The position numbers were made by a program, and so were the translations under genes. Below are positions 29,140 to 38,648 of a stretch of 64,000 bases of DNA, in pieces; the stretch's first letter is position 1, and every line of letters begins with the position of its first letter. The notes beneath the pieces are model-generated. The model had not been told where the DNA came from, made no database searches, and was given only the letters and a program-made list of their open reading frames with translations. This DNA is from Candidatus Obscuribacteraceae bacterium (GTDB lineage: Bacteria > Cyanobacteriota > Vampirovibrionia > Obscuribacterales > Obscuribacteraceae): positions 64,001-128,000 of the forward strand of contig JBGAHS010000001.1 in assembly GCA_044226015.1 (NCBI GenBank). Reading direction: 5' to 3'.

Positions 29140-32100
29140 ATGAAATTTATCAGAATGAATAACCGCTCGCGTTCGGCACTATTGATGGTGCTCCTATTGC
29201 TTAGCATGGTGCCTTCGCAAATGGTTTTATCTGCGCCTGCTGAACGCATTTCAATAAAAAAGCAGCATGAGGCTAGCAACACTGCTAACCCACGCCCAAA
29301 AATTGAAATTGGCGACTCATCGCTTTCATTTCCTGCGTCCCCCACGGACAGTGATCTCATAAATTGCCACGTATTTTTGGAGCCATTAGCACCGTCTGAT
29401 CAAGATGTTAATCAAAAGGAAAACAAAGAGCTTGCGACCGCAATCCTGAAGTATCTAAAAAGGCAGAAATCAGAAGATGTATCTGCACTTACTTCATTCT
29501 TGCAGTCTAATCCTAAGTCACGATGGACGGCTTCTCTCGCGTTGAATGTTGCGCAAAAATTGTTTGATGCGGGTTATCTAAATGAAGCAGCCGATTACTG
29601 GGAAAAATCATGGAATCTGTCTAAAGATAAGAAAGATCCGGCGATGAAAATGGTTGCAAACTCAGCCGTATCGCATTTGGTGCAACTGGAAGCTCGCCTC
29701 GGGTTAGCGGAAAAGCTCGAAGAACATTTGAGATTAGCTTCTTCACGTGTAATGGCGGCGTCAGATATGTTGCGGCTAAAAGCTGCACAAGATGGACTCT
29801 GGACCATGAACCAAAATGAAGGCATTGCCTTCAAATGTGGTCCATATGGGCTAAAGTCCCTTGCACTTTCAAAAAGCCCTGGGCTGCAAACCACTCGCTC
29901 ACCTGAAGAAGTTGATCAAATAATCAAAACCGCAGATTCCACGAAGCGTGGAACAAATCTAGAGCAGTTGAAAGATCTTGCTCGTAAATTGGATTTGGAC
30001 CTTTCACCTGTTAAGCGTAAGTCCGGATCTCAGATTCCAGTTCCTAGCCTCGTGCATTGGTCCAAAGGACACTTTGCTGCCATTCTCGAAGAGTCCAATG
30101 GTTTTTACAAAATCGAAGATCCTACTTTCGATTCTGACGGAACAAAATGGGTGAGCGCAGCTGCTCTTAATGCTGAGAGCGATGGCTATTTCATGATTCC
30201 TTCTGACAAAGTGGGCGCAAACTGGATTACGCTCGACGATAGCGAAGCAAGAAATGTTTGGGGAAAAGGTTATGCCGCGCTTCCTCAACAATTCAAAACT
30301 CCTTATTGCCCAAAAACACCTTGCGCTGGTGGTAATTGCAAGCCCAAGGGAGGATCTGGAGGAGGACCTGATTCGTGTGGTATGCCTGTAGCGTCAGCGT
30401 TTTCAATGAATGCCACCTTGAACATCGTGGATACGCCATTGACGTATTCGCCACCAGTAGGGCCTGAAATGGGGGTAGTTGTAAATTACAACTACAATGA
30501 GGGACAACAACCATCAACGTTTTCTTTCACCAACCTGGGGCATAACTGGAGCCTGAACTGGCTCTCTTACCTTACCATTGATAGCACAGACCCAATCCAC
30601 CGGATAGTTAACGTACGCGTCCGTGGTGGAGGTTATGAGACATACAAGGAGGCATTCAACCACGATGCTTATTCACTGGCGATCATTGCAGAAGTCAACA
30701 ACGCTGGCGTGATTAGTTGGGAGCGACGGATGCCGGACGGAAGTGTCGAGAAATACGAAAGAAAAAATGCAGCAGGCGACACATTCTTTCTAACGCAAGT
30801 ACTCGACCCGCAAGGTAAAGCTGCAGTTTTAGCCTATTCTTCAAACACTGTGACTGACCCAGGCTATTTCCGCCTGGCTTCGATAACAGACGCTTGCGGC
30901 AACTCTCCAATGACTGTTGCGTATGACTCAAACATCTCAACAGACCCTGGCTATTACAAGGTAACCGGGGTGACAGATGGCTTTGGTCGCTCAGCGAGTT
31001 TTGCTTATAGCGCAGATAAGAGCCAGTTGTTGAGCATGACGGATGCAGTTGGTAACCAATCTAGCTTTCGCTATCAGACGGATACGGACTCGACTTTCAT
31101 CAATCTCATGGTGTCACCGTACGGCAGTACGCAATTCTATCGCTACACTCCTGGAGGTGATACCGACACTGTTCCAGAAGGACTAAAATTCACATTGCCA
31201 GACGGAACAAGCACTCGCATCGAAAATTGGTTGAGTTCTATCAAACAAACTTACTTCTGGGATAGAGAAGCCTCTGAAATGTATCCCAACGATGCGTTCA
31301 ACAATGTGTACACACATTGTCAGACCACAAGATGGCTTTTTATTTCGAATTCTATAGAGTCTTCAATCCCTAGCTGGACTAGGAAGCCATTGGAAGCCCC
31401 CGTGAACTATTACAGCGTTGGACAAAGTGGGCAGAATGCAACTTCGGCTGGCGGTCTTACGCGATATCAGCAGATTGCCCAGCAGCTGGTGCCAATAAAA
31501 AATAGTATCACTGTTGGTGGCACCGTTACCGCGGGTAATCTAATCAAGGTTCAAATTCGTGATTTAGGACTTATTGATTCAGGAGACATTGTTCTCTCGT
31601 ACCAGGTCGTCTCTGGCGATACTATTTCTACTATCGCCGCCGGGCTTGCACAGAGTTTCAACAATGATCGGTATTGCCAGGGATATGGCATAACAGCGGC
31701 TGCAGTGGGGAACGTGATAACAGTAACTTCTCTTACTGCCAATGATTTTGACAGTAGCAAATTTGCAAATTTATCGGGTTCAATAACAGAGACCTTAACT
31801 TTTGCGTCTGGAACCAACCGGGTTCAGAACTTCAGTTTCAGCGGCACTCCTACTGCAGGACAGGTGTATGCAATTACTGTTACGGATTCCAGCCTGCCTG
31901 GTGGCTCTCAAACAGTGAGTTATACAGTTCAGGCTGGCGATAGCAATTCAGATATCGCGCAAGCACTTTCACTTGCAGTAAACGCAAATACGAACCTGCA
32001 AACATCTAAGATTTCTTCTGCTTGGACTAGTGCTCCCTATAGCGGGGTGATCGGTCAAATCCCCGCCATTAGCGCGGCTCCCATGCTGGGTTGTCAGTCA

Positions 32101-35100
32101 TCTTCGACAAGCACCACAACCTATGCAAGCACGGTAAATGGCTCATCCAGTGTCAATTTCACTAATGTTACCAGTGCCCACGGATTGGTGAAATCTAACT
32201 ACAAGACTTTCCCTGGCACAATATGGGGGAATCCGATTCAGGTCATCGATGAGCTAGGCAGGCGTCTGGAGTTTTCCTACGCTAGCAACCAGATCGACGT
32301 GTTGAAAGTTGTGAACTTAAGCACTTCGCCAATCATGGGGTTGGCTTACTATACCTATGGAAGCACCCCGCATAAGCCAACAATGATCATTGATGGAACA
32401 TTGCAGCACACTCTGTACAGCTACAACAGCTTGGGTCAATTAACAACGCTTACAGATCCTACGGGTGCTGTTACAACTTACAATTACGACGCCAATGGAT
32501 ACCTCACTTCTATAGATGGACCGCTCAGTGGAAACCAGGATGTTACCAGCTTTTCCTTCTATGGATATGGAGTTCCAAGTTCCATCACGGACTCAGAAGG
32601 TTACGTGTTGAATTTTTCATATGACGGACTAAATAGACTAACGACAACGTCCTTTCCGGACGGAACATCGGAGGAAACGAAGTACAACAGGCTTGACGCA
32701 GTCATGATGTCCGATCGCATCGGTCGCTGGACCCAGCGAACCTATGACAATATGCAAAACCTCGTTTCGGAAACCGATCCATTAGGAAGACAAACTAAGT
32801 ATTGCTGGTGTCATTGCGGTGGGCTAGCTTCATTGACTGACCCTGCAGGCAATACCACAAAGTGGCATCACGATCTTGAAGGACGAGTGATTCAGAAGGA
32901 GTATGCTGATGGGTCTCATTACGATTACGTTTACGAGACGACGAACAGCCGAATAGCCTCTATTTCTGATGCAATTCAACCTACACCGCAAACAACATTG
33001 TTTGCCTACAATTTCGATGATTCGGTTGCGGTGAAACGGTACGCCAATGCGGTGAATGCGACATCGCAGGTGGTATCAGCTTTTGATCCGTACTTTGATC
33101 GCCCGCAGTCAATCTCAAACGGATGGGGTCAATACAACTATAAGTATTACCCTAATTATCAGGATTTCGGTGCCGACACAGGTTGGACTTCAATTGTAGT
33201 GGGCGGAATCCCAGAAGTCCCGAACGCAACCGATACGATAAGCATCGTTTTCTATAGCTCAAATTTGCCAGGAGGACAATATACATTTAATTACACAGTC
33301 CCTACGGGAGACGTGGGAAATCCGGCTCAGTTAGCAACTCACCTCGGCGCTGCTATAGGTGCAAATGCAACTCTGCAGGCCGCAAATATTTTTACGGCGA
33401 CAAGCGGTGTTCTAATTAAAATCCACAATCAAACAACAGCACTTCGAGTAGCACCGACTGCTACGGGGGGCACCATCGTGACCTGCGGTGCCGGCAAGCT
33501 CAGCGATGTGACCAATAGCGTGATTTCCAATTCACAGATTTCTTACGGCTACGATAATGATGGAAGAACGAACGTCAGACTCATCAACGGCGGAAATAAC
33601 AATTCACGTTGGTCCTTCGATGAAATGGGAAGAGTCACCTCAGAGCTGAATCCGCTGGGAACCTTCAACTATGCCTACATCGATAACACGTCTGGATCAT
33701 CGAAGGGCGTCAATCGTCTTGCTTCGATAACCTATCCCAATAGCCAGGTCACGAACTTTAGCTGGCTGCCGAACATCGGCGACCAGCGCCTGCAACAAAT
33801 TTCGAATCTCAGCCCCACGGCAACTACATTGTCTAAATTTGCCTACGCATACAATTCTGCGGGTGAAATCACGCAATGGCAGCAGCTTCAGAATAGCGTC
33901 AACACCCATCTTGGACTGGCTTACGATAACGCTGGACAGCTGATTACAGCAGTTTCCGATTCGGGCACGCAATTCAAAGCTTACGTTGCGGGCACTCCGC
34001 ATACTGGTGATGTTGTCTCAGTGACTGCATATGACGCCTCGCTAACCGGCACGACTCCTGTGGGTCAGGAGACTGCGTCCTACACAGTTGTGGGCGGAGA
34101 TACATCGGCGACAATCGCTACAAATCTTGCTAGCGCAATCACGTCAGTTATGGGGACGAACCTGGGACTCAGTGCTTCTGCCTCGGGCAAAGTCATTTCT
34201 ATCACGACATCAGCCACGCGAGCAACGCAATTTACTTCCGCTGTCACCGGCGCCGGTGCAACTGACACCATAATCATGGACCGCGGACAACCTAGCGGAA
34301 ATCGGCACAGTCAGCTTTACTACGGCTACGATTGCGCGGGTAATCGCACGGGAGTTCAGGGCGACAGCACTGGAAGTTTCGGCACTGGTGGCTTGAGCAC
34401 AAACGCCACGGCATACGGCTACAACAATCTCAATGAGCTCACAAATTATGCCCCTGGTGGTCCAATCAGATTTGAAGGAACCACGACCAATCCGATTATT
34501 TCAGCAGTGGCAAATGTCACAAAAACTGTCACGGTCACCGGCTCGGTGACTACCGGGGACAAATTAACGGTTAGCGTCCATGATCCTGCAATTACTGCCG
34601 GGAAGGATATCACCTACACGGTCGCTGGTGGCAACACAACCACCGACATCGCAACAGGCTTGAAAAACCTGGTCAACGCCGATGGCACGTTGTCTTCTCT
34701 GGGCATCACTGCAACTTCGAGTTCTAATGTGCTGACGATTACATCGACATCAGCCAACAAGACAATGTATTCGGCGAGCAAAAACACTGGAGCTACCGAA
34801 ACACTAACTCTCAACACTTCTGCTTCGGATACGGGGCTGATAAGTCCATCGAATGCATTTAGTTCGAATCCGAAGCTAGCATTGAGTTCGAACACCGTGA
34901 AGGTGACAGCCAAGAGTGGCGGCGGAACGGCCGCAACCAATTCGTATCCAATAAGCATCAATTCGGGCTCTTCCGCGACACTGCAATATGACGCGAACGG
35001 CAATATGACGAGCGACGGCACGAACACCTATGCCTGGGATGCCGAAAACAGGCTGATTCAGATTACCTATCCGGGTTCTGGAAATAACACCCAATTTTCG

Positions 35101-36069
35101 TATGATGCACTTTCGCGCGCCACGAAAATTGAGGAACGCACCGCTGGCAGTGTCACGTCTACGAAGCAACATCTGTGGTGCGGATCGTCCCGATGCGAGG
35201 AAAGAGATGCAGCCGGTAGCATGAGCAATGGGAAGCAGTTCTTCGGAATTGGGCAGGCAAACTTTGCCAGTGGCACGCCGGCGAAATATTTCTACACGCG
35301 AAGCCATGATTTTTCAGTTAGAGAAATGACCGACAATTCAGCTGCTATTGTTGCCCAGTATGGGTATGAACCATATGGAAAACGAACTAAACTTCAAGGA
35401 GCGTCCGAGGCTGATGTGCAATATGCAGCTATGTACATGCATCCAAGAAGTGGGTTAAGCTTCACGCATTTTAGGCAATACGATGCTGATCGGGCTATAT
35501 GGTTAAGTCGAGATCCGATTTCGAGCGGATATGGTTATGCAGCTAATAGTCCAGTCAATTTTATAGATCCAATCGGATTGAAAGAAATCAATTTAACAGT
35601 GGAGTTGGAGGCTAATTGCCTTGGATATGCAACTTATCCTATGACTGGAGACTTACTTCACAACCCACGGGCTGAGGAATCATTGTCGGATACGCTAGGA
35701 AGACTAGGATATAGTTGTTTTCCAATCTCCTCAGCAAAAGATTGCAAGTGCGACTGTCCGTCTGGTGGGGCAGGAGGTGCTGGAGGTGCGGGTAATCACA
35801 CACCTAAGCTGGTAGTCGGAGTTTATACTTATGAAAGCAATCCTCCAAACGCTGACCCTTGGTCCGATCCCTGGATTAAGGGACCTGGTAATGATTTTCA
35901 TGCTGTCAGGGAAGATGCCCCTGGAAATTGGAGTTATGTTCCAAGGAGCATGAACGTTCATAAGACCAATGGTAACGTAGCTGAAGCTATACAAGTATCT
36001 TCTCCCGAAAAAGGATTTCCCGGACGCAAACTCCCAAAAAACCGCACATTTTGCTGTTGTGGAAAGTAA
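29140..36069 (+). CDS. Full-length Rhs/YD-repeat polymorphic protein (signal peptide, C39-like peptidase domain, YD repeats with inserted domains, Rhs core, variable tip)
   Basis: N-terminal signal peptide; KCGPYGL...VHWSKGHF...IEDP; YD repeats (YNSLGQLTTLTDPTG, YDANGNMTSDG, YAWDAENRL); WLSRDP...PVNFIDPIGL. Confidence 0.95.
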   Translation: MKFIRMNNRSRSALLMVLLLLSMVPSQMVLSAPAERISIKKQHEASNTANPRPKIEIGDSSLSFPASPTDSDLINCHVFLEPLAPSDQDVNQKENKELATAILKYLKRQKSEDVSALTSFLQSNPKSRWTASLALNVAQKLFDAGYLNEAADYWEKSWNLSKDKKDPAMKMVANSAVSHLVQLEARLGLAEKLEEHLRLASSRVMAASDMLRLKAAQDGLWTMNQNEGIAFKCGPYGLKSLALSKSPGLQTTRSPEEVDQIIKTADSTKRGTNLEQLKDLARKLDLDLSPVKRKSGSQIPVPSLVHWSKGHFAAILEESNGFYKIEDPTFDSDGTKWVSAAALNAESDGYFMIPSDKVGANWITLDDSEARNVWGKGYAALPQQFKTPYCPKTPCAGGNCKPKGGSGGGPDSCGMPVASAFSMNATLNIVDTPLTYSPPVGPEMGVVVNYNYNEGQQPSTFSFTNLGHNWSLNWLSYLTIDSTDPIHRIVNVRVRGGGYETYKEAFNHDAYSLAIIAEVNNAGVISWERRMPDGSVEKYERKNAAGDTFFLTQVLDPQGKAAVLAYSSNTVTDPGYFRLASITDACGNSPMTVAYDSNISTDPGYYKVTGVTDGFGRSASFAYSADKSQLLSMTDAVGNQSSFRYQTDTDSTFINLMVSPYGSTQFYRYTPGGDTDTVPEGLKFTLPDGTSTRIENWLSSIKQTYFWDREASEMYPNDAFNNVYTHCQTTRWLFISNSIESSIPSWTRKPLEAPVNYYSVGQSGQNATSAGGLTRYQQIAQQLVPIKNSITVGGTVTAGNLIKVQIRDLGLIDSGDIVLSYQVVSGDTISTIAAGLAQSFNNDRYCQGYGITAAAVGNVITVTSLTANDFDSSKFANLSGSITETLTFASGTNRVQNFSFSGTPTAGQVYAITVTDSSLPGGSQTVSYTVQAGDSNSDIAQALSLAVNANTNLQTSKISSAWTSAPYSGVIGQIPAISAAPMLGCQSSSTSTTTYASTVNGSSSVNFTNVTSAHGLVKSNYKTFPGTIWGNPIQVIDELGRRLEFSYASNQIDVLKVVNLSTSPIMGLAYYTYGSTPHKPTMIIDGTLQHTLYSYNSLGQLTTLTDPTGAVTTYNYDANGYLTSIDGPLSGNQDVTSFSFYGYGVPSSITDSEGYVLNFSYDGLNRLTTTSFPDGTSEETKYNRLDAVMMSDRIGRWTQRTYDNMQNLVSETDPLGRQTKYCWCHCGGLASLTDPAGNTTKWHHDLEGRVIQKEYADGSHYDYVYETTNSRIASISDAIQPTPQTTLFAYNFDDSVAVKRYANAVNATSQVVSAFDPYFDRPQSISNGWGQYNYKYYPNYQDFGADTGWTSIVVGGIPEVPNATDTISIVFYSSNLPGGQYTFNYTVPTGDVGNPAQLATHLGAAIGANATLQAANIFTATSGVLIKIHNQTTALRVAPTATGGTIVTCGAGKLSDVTNSVISNSQISYGYDNDGRTNVRLINGGNNNSRWSFDEMGRVTSELNPLGTFNYAYIDNTSGSSKGVNRLASITYPNSQVTNFSWLPNIGDQRLQQISNLSPTATTLSKFAYAYNSAGEITQWQQLQNSVNTHLGLAYDNAGQLITAVSDSGTQFKAYVAGTPHTGDVVSVTAYDASLTGTTPVGQETASYTVVGGDTSATIATNLASAITSVMGTNLGLSASASGKVISITTSATRATQFTSAVTGAGATDTIIMDRGQPSGNRHSQLYYGYDCAGNRTGVQGDSTGSFGTGGLSTNATAYGYNNLNELTNYAPGGPIRFEGTTTNPIISAVANVTKTVTVTGSVTTGDKLTVSVHDPAITAGKDITYTVAGGNTTTDIATGLKNLVNADGTLSSLGITATSSSNVLTITSTSANKTMYSASKNTGATETLTLNTSASDTGLISPSNAFSSNPKLALSSNTVKVTAKSGGGTAATNSYPISINSGSSATLQYDANGNMTSDGTNTYAWDAENRLIQITYPGSGNNTQFSYDALSRATKIEERTAGSVTSTKQHLWCGSSRCEERDAAGSMSNGKQFFGIGQANFASGTPAKYFYTRSHDFSVREMTDNSAAIVAQYGYEPYGKRTKLQGASEADVQYAAMYMHPRSGLSFTHFRQYDADRAIWLSRDPISSGYGYAANSPVNFIDPIGLKEINLTVELEANCLGYATYPMTGDLLHNPRAEESLSDTLGRLGYSCFPISSAKDCKCDCPSGGAGGAGGAGNHTPKLVVGVYTYESNPPNADPWSDPWIKGPGNDFHAVREDAPGNWSYVPRSMNVHKTNGNVAEAIQVSSPEKGFPGRKLPKNRTFCCCGK
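35088..35100 (+). repeat. Junction core inside the full-length Rhs gene (codon ~1984)
   Basis: CACCCAATTTTCG, identical in all six cassettes. Confidence 0.92.
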
Positions 36070-36689
36070 TGATGACCATTAAGCGATATATATCTATCTC
36101 AATGAGCCTTTTGATTCTCATCGGACCTAAAGCTTTTTCAGCACCCATAGAAAAAGGAAGAATGCAGTTAGAAGTATTCAGTCTCGGAAGGCTTAAACAT
36201 CAAAAGCAGAATCAAGCCTGTTTAGGCTTGCGCTTTTTTTGTAATGCCGACAACCCCATTGAAGTTGTGCTGCAATCCTTTTGTGGTAAAGGAGTCGAGT
36301 CAGAGATGCTATTTAATCACAAGAAAGATCCAGGCTCACTCAGAAACGTACTTTTCGCCAACTTCCACTATCAATGGGTAAACCAAAAGGGAAAAACTGT
36401 ATTGGAAGAAACTGCTTATGCTAACCAATCCGAAGTGAAATTGAAAAAAGAACAATGTGGATTTGCCGATGTGTCAGAATCTGCCATGGTTTATCTTCCT
36501 ATCGTGTTACCAACTCCTCCTGGTAAGTACAACTTGAAGGTGCAATTCGACAACACGGCATTGGAAGACGCAAGCCAGTCACGGAACAACATGGGAGTTG
36601 ATGGACCTGACGGAAAGCCGCTGCTTATATCAAAGCCGACGCAGGTATTCGAGGCAATCATGACCGAGCAGGAAATTGTAATCAATTGA
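36069..36689 (+). CDS. Putative exported immunity protein for the currently attached Rhs tip
   Basis: TAATG stop/start overlap with Rhs; signal peptide MMTIKRYISISMSLLILIGPKAFS. Confidence 0.75.
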   Translation: MMTIKRYISISMSLLILIGPKAFSAPIEKGRMQLEVFSLGRLKHQKQNQACLGLRFFCNADNPIEVVLQSFCGKGVESEMLFNHKKDPGSLRNVLFANFHYQWVNQKGKTVLEETAYANQSEVKLKKEQCGFADVSESAMVYLPIVLPTPPGKYNLKVQFDNTALEDASQSRNNMGVDGPDGKPLLISKPTQVFEAIMTEQEIVIN

Positions 36690-36697
36690 GTGCTCAT

Positions 36698-36836
36698 ACA
36701 CCATAATCACGGACCACGGACAACCTAGCAGAAATCGGCACAGTCAGCTTTACTACGGCTACGATTGCGCGGGCAATCGCACGTGAGAGCACTGGCAGTT
36801 TCGGCACTGGTGGCTTGAGCACAAACGCCATGGCAT
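36698..36836 (+). repeat. ~140-bp decayed duplicate of the Rhs body (34265..34414)
   Basis: Shares GAAATCGGCACAGTCAGCTTTACTACGGCTACGATTGCGCGGG and GTTTCGGCACTGGTGGCTTGAGCACAAACGCC; small internal deletion. Confidence 0.9.
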
Positions 36837-36876
36837 CTCTGTTTGAACACTGGCACACTAGGCGATTTTACTAGAA

Positions 36877-36937
36877 TTAAAAACCTCTGAAATCCAATCA
36901 AATTGCAAATTGCACTGGAAACATCACCCAATTTTCG
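36877..36937 (+). repeat. Cassette junction repeat (leader + core), copy at cassette 6
   Basis: TTAAAAACCTCTGAAATCCAATC(AAATTGC)x2-ACTGGAAACAT-CACCCAATTTTCG. Confidence 0.9.
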
Positions 36938-37801
36938 TATGATGCACTTTCGCGCGCCACGAGAATCGAGGAGCGCACCAGCGGTAGCCTTACGTCTACA
37001 AAGCAGCACCTGTGGTGTGGTTCACAGAGGTGCGAGGAAAGGGATGCATCAGGCAGCCTGAGTAACGGGAAGCAGTTCTTCACTCTGGGCCAGAGGATCT
37101 TCACCAGTGGTAGTGGCACTAACTACTTCTATATAAAGGACTCACCTCCCGGCAGCATAAGGGAGATGACCGATGCCTCAGGTGCCATAGCAGCCCAGTA
37201 TGGTTATGGACCATGGGGGGAAGTCACCAAGATTCAGGGAGTCGGGGACTCTGACTTTCAGTATGCCGGTTATTACATTCATTCCAGAAGTGGACTCGGA
37301 CTCACCCGTTATAGAGCCTACAATGCCAATCTCGGTGTTTGGCTTAGCAGAGATCCTAGCGATGATGAGGAAGATGAGCCCAATAGATACAGGTATGTTG
37401 CGAATAATCCGATAAAGTTTAACGATCCTCTTGGTCTGTTCCCCGGTATTCCGGGTCCACCGCCAATACCTAATCCTTCATCCGGAGGCGGGCACATAAT
37501 AGGACCAGCAGGTAGCCCGCCACCTAACGACGAACCAAATGATAATGAGGTATACAATCATCCGGCCTATCTGAATTGCCTGGCTGGTGTACACAACCTA
37601 TTCGATTCCATCCAAGCGCAATACGAAAAAGAGGAAGCTGACGACTTCAAGAAAGCTGGTAAGAATAAGAAGAAGCTAAAGTGCGCACGAGACAAGTGGC
37701 GCAAGAAATGGCAGGACTTCAATGATGATCAAGCGTCGAGATCGGCCGATTGCTTCACAAAGGCGAAGATGATTATGCGACGGGAGAGGGGGTCACGATA
37801 A
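36926..37801 (+). CDS. Silent Rhs C-terminal cassette 6 (Pro-rich linker + helical tip)
   Basis: In-frame TQFSYDALSRATRIEERTSG... 80 codons upstream of the ORF-track ATG at 37166; WLSRDP and PIKFNDPLGL. Confidence 0.88.
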   Translation, partial: TQFSYDALSRATRIEERTSGSLTSTKQHLWCGSQRCEERDASGSLSNGKQFFTLGQRIFTSGSGTNYFYIKDSPPGSIREMTDASGAIAAQYGYGPWGEVTKIQGVGDSDFQYAGYYIHSRSGLGLTRYRAYNANLGVWLSRDPSDDEEDEPNRYRYVANNPIKFNDPLGLFPGIPGPPPIPNPSSGGGHIIGPAGSPPPNDEPNDNEVYNHPAYLNCLAGVHNLFDSIQAQYEKEEADDFKKAGKNKKKLKCARDKWRKKWQDFNDDQASRSADCFTKAKMIMRRERGSR

Positions 37802-38221
37802 TTTTCCGAATATGGTTTCCAGATCGATCTGGGGGTCACCTTCTAATAAGGAGTCAGGCTCAGCATCGTCAGCATGATCATCTAGCTCTTCACCTTCAAT
37901 GTTTATGTGTTCCTCAAGTTGCCATCCTTCCTTCCTAAAGAACAACAGTGTATTTCTAAGGAAGTTCACAGCTTGACAAAGAGACTGCATAGAATCTTCA
38001 CCAACCAGTTTCGCAGGGGATCTTAGTCCGTCAAGGTAAACGGTACAAAACGATGGACCATGATTCTGAACCTTCGTGGGCAACCCAATCGCCAGTCGTA
38101 CCGGGATCCCTCTTTGCCCAGTTGCTGGCATTATTGGTTCCGGATAGTCGTTCTTCGGGGGCACAAATAACATCCACATTTCAGCTATGGGTTCTTCCTT
38201 CGAATCCGATATCTTATTCAT
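37793..38221 (-). CDS. Hypothetical protein (DUF6968-like), convergent with cassette 6
   Basis: VRLAIGLP...CTVYLDGL...VGEDSMQSL pattern; family call from memory only. Confidence 0.6.
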   Translation of the reverse strand: MNKISDSKEEPIAEMWMLFVPPKNDYPEPIMPATGQRGIPVRLAIGLPTKVQNHGPSFCTVYLDGLRSPAKLVGEDSMQSLCQAVNFLRNTLLFFRKEGWQLEEHINIEGEELDDHADDAEPDSLLEGDPQIDLETIFGKLS

Positions 38222-38648
38222 ATGCTTGGCCCCAAATTAATCTAATATTTGATCTTAACAGATAGATATCTGGATCTTCGGGATTATTTAGCGTCCTAAG
38301 CGGGATGGTGCTTCCTTGCGGTGGGGGCGAAGTGGTGGCTCTGGCGGTGCCGAGCTATTCATCCCCTATTAGTATTCTTGCTAATACTTGTGTACTCAGC
38401 TGGATTCTTTCTAGAAAACGAAAGTAACATGGGGTCAGCTCACCTTCAATGGAAAAAGGATCGACTATGGGTTTTGTTGACACATCCGAAAAGGACTCTT
38501 TACGGTTATCTTTCACTTTGTACCATCTGAACTTATGCGGTTTTGAAATATGCCAAAACGGTCTCCTCAAATGCCATTTTCGGCTAAGCAATAGTGCTGA
38601 GAGCTCATTGAATTGGCACGTCGGAGTTTCAATCTATAGCCTACTCGT

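Noticed and set aside
26933..36069. Type VI secretion effector locus
   Set aside because: No VgrG, PAAR, Hcp or EagR-like genes; the Rhs has a Sec-type signal peptide
16252..37801. Diversity-generating retroelement explaining the repeated Rhs segments
   Set aside because: No reverse transcriptase in the window; differences between copies are mainly synonymous and not adenine-specific
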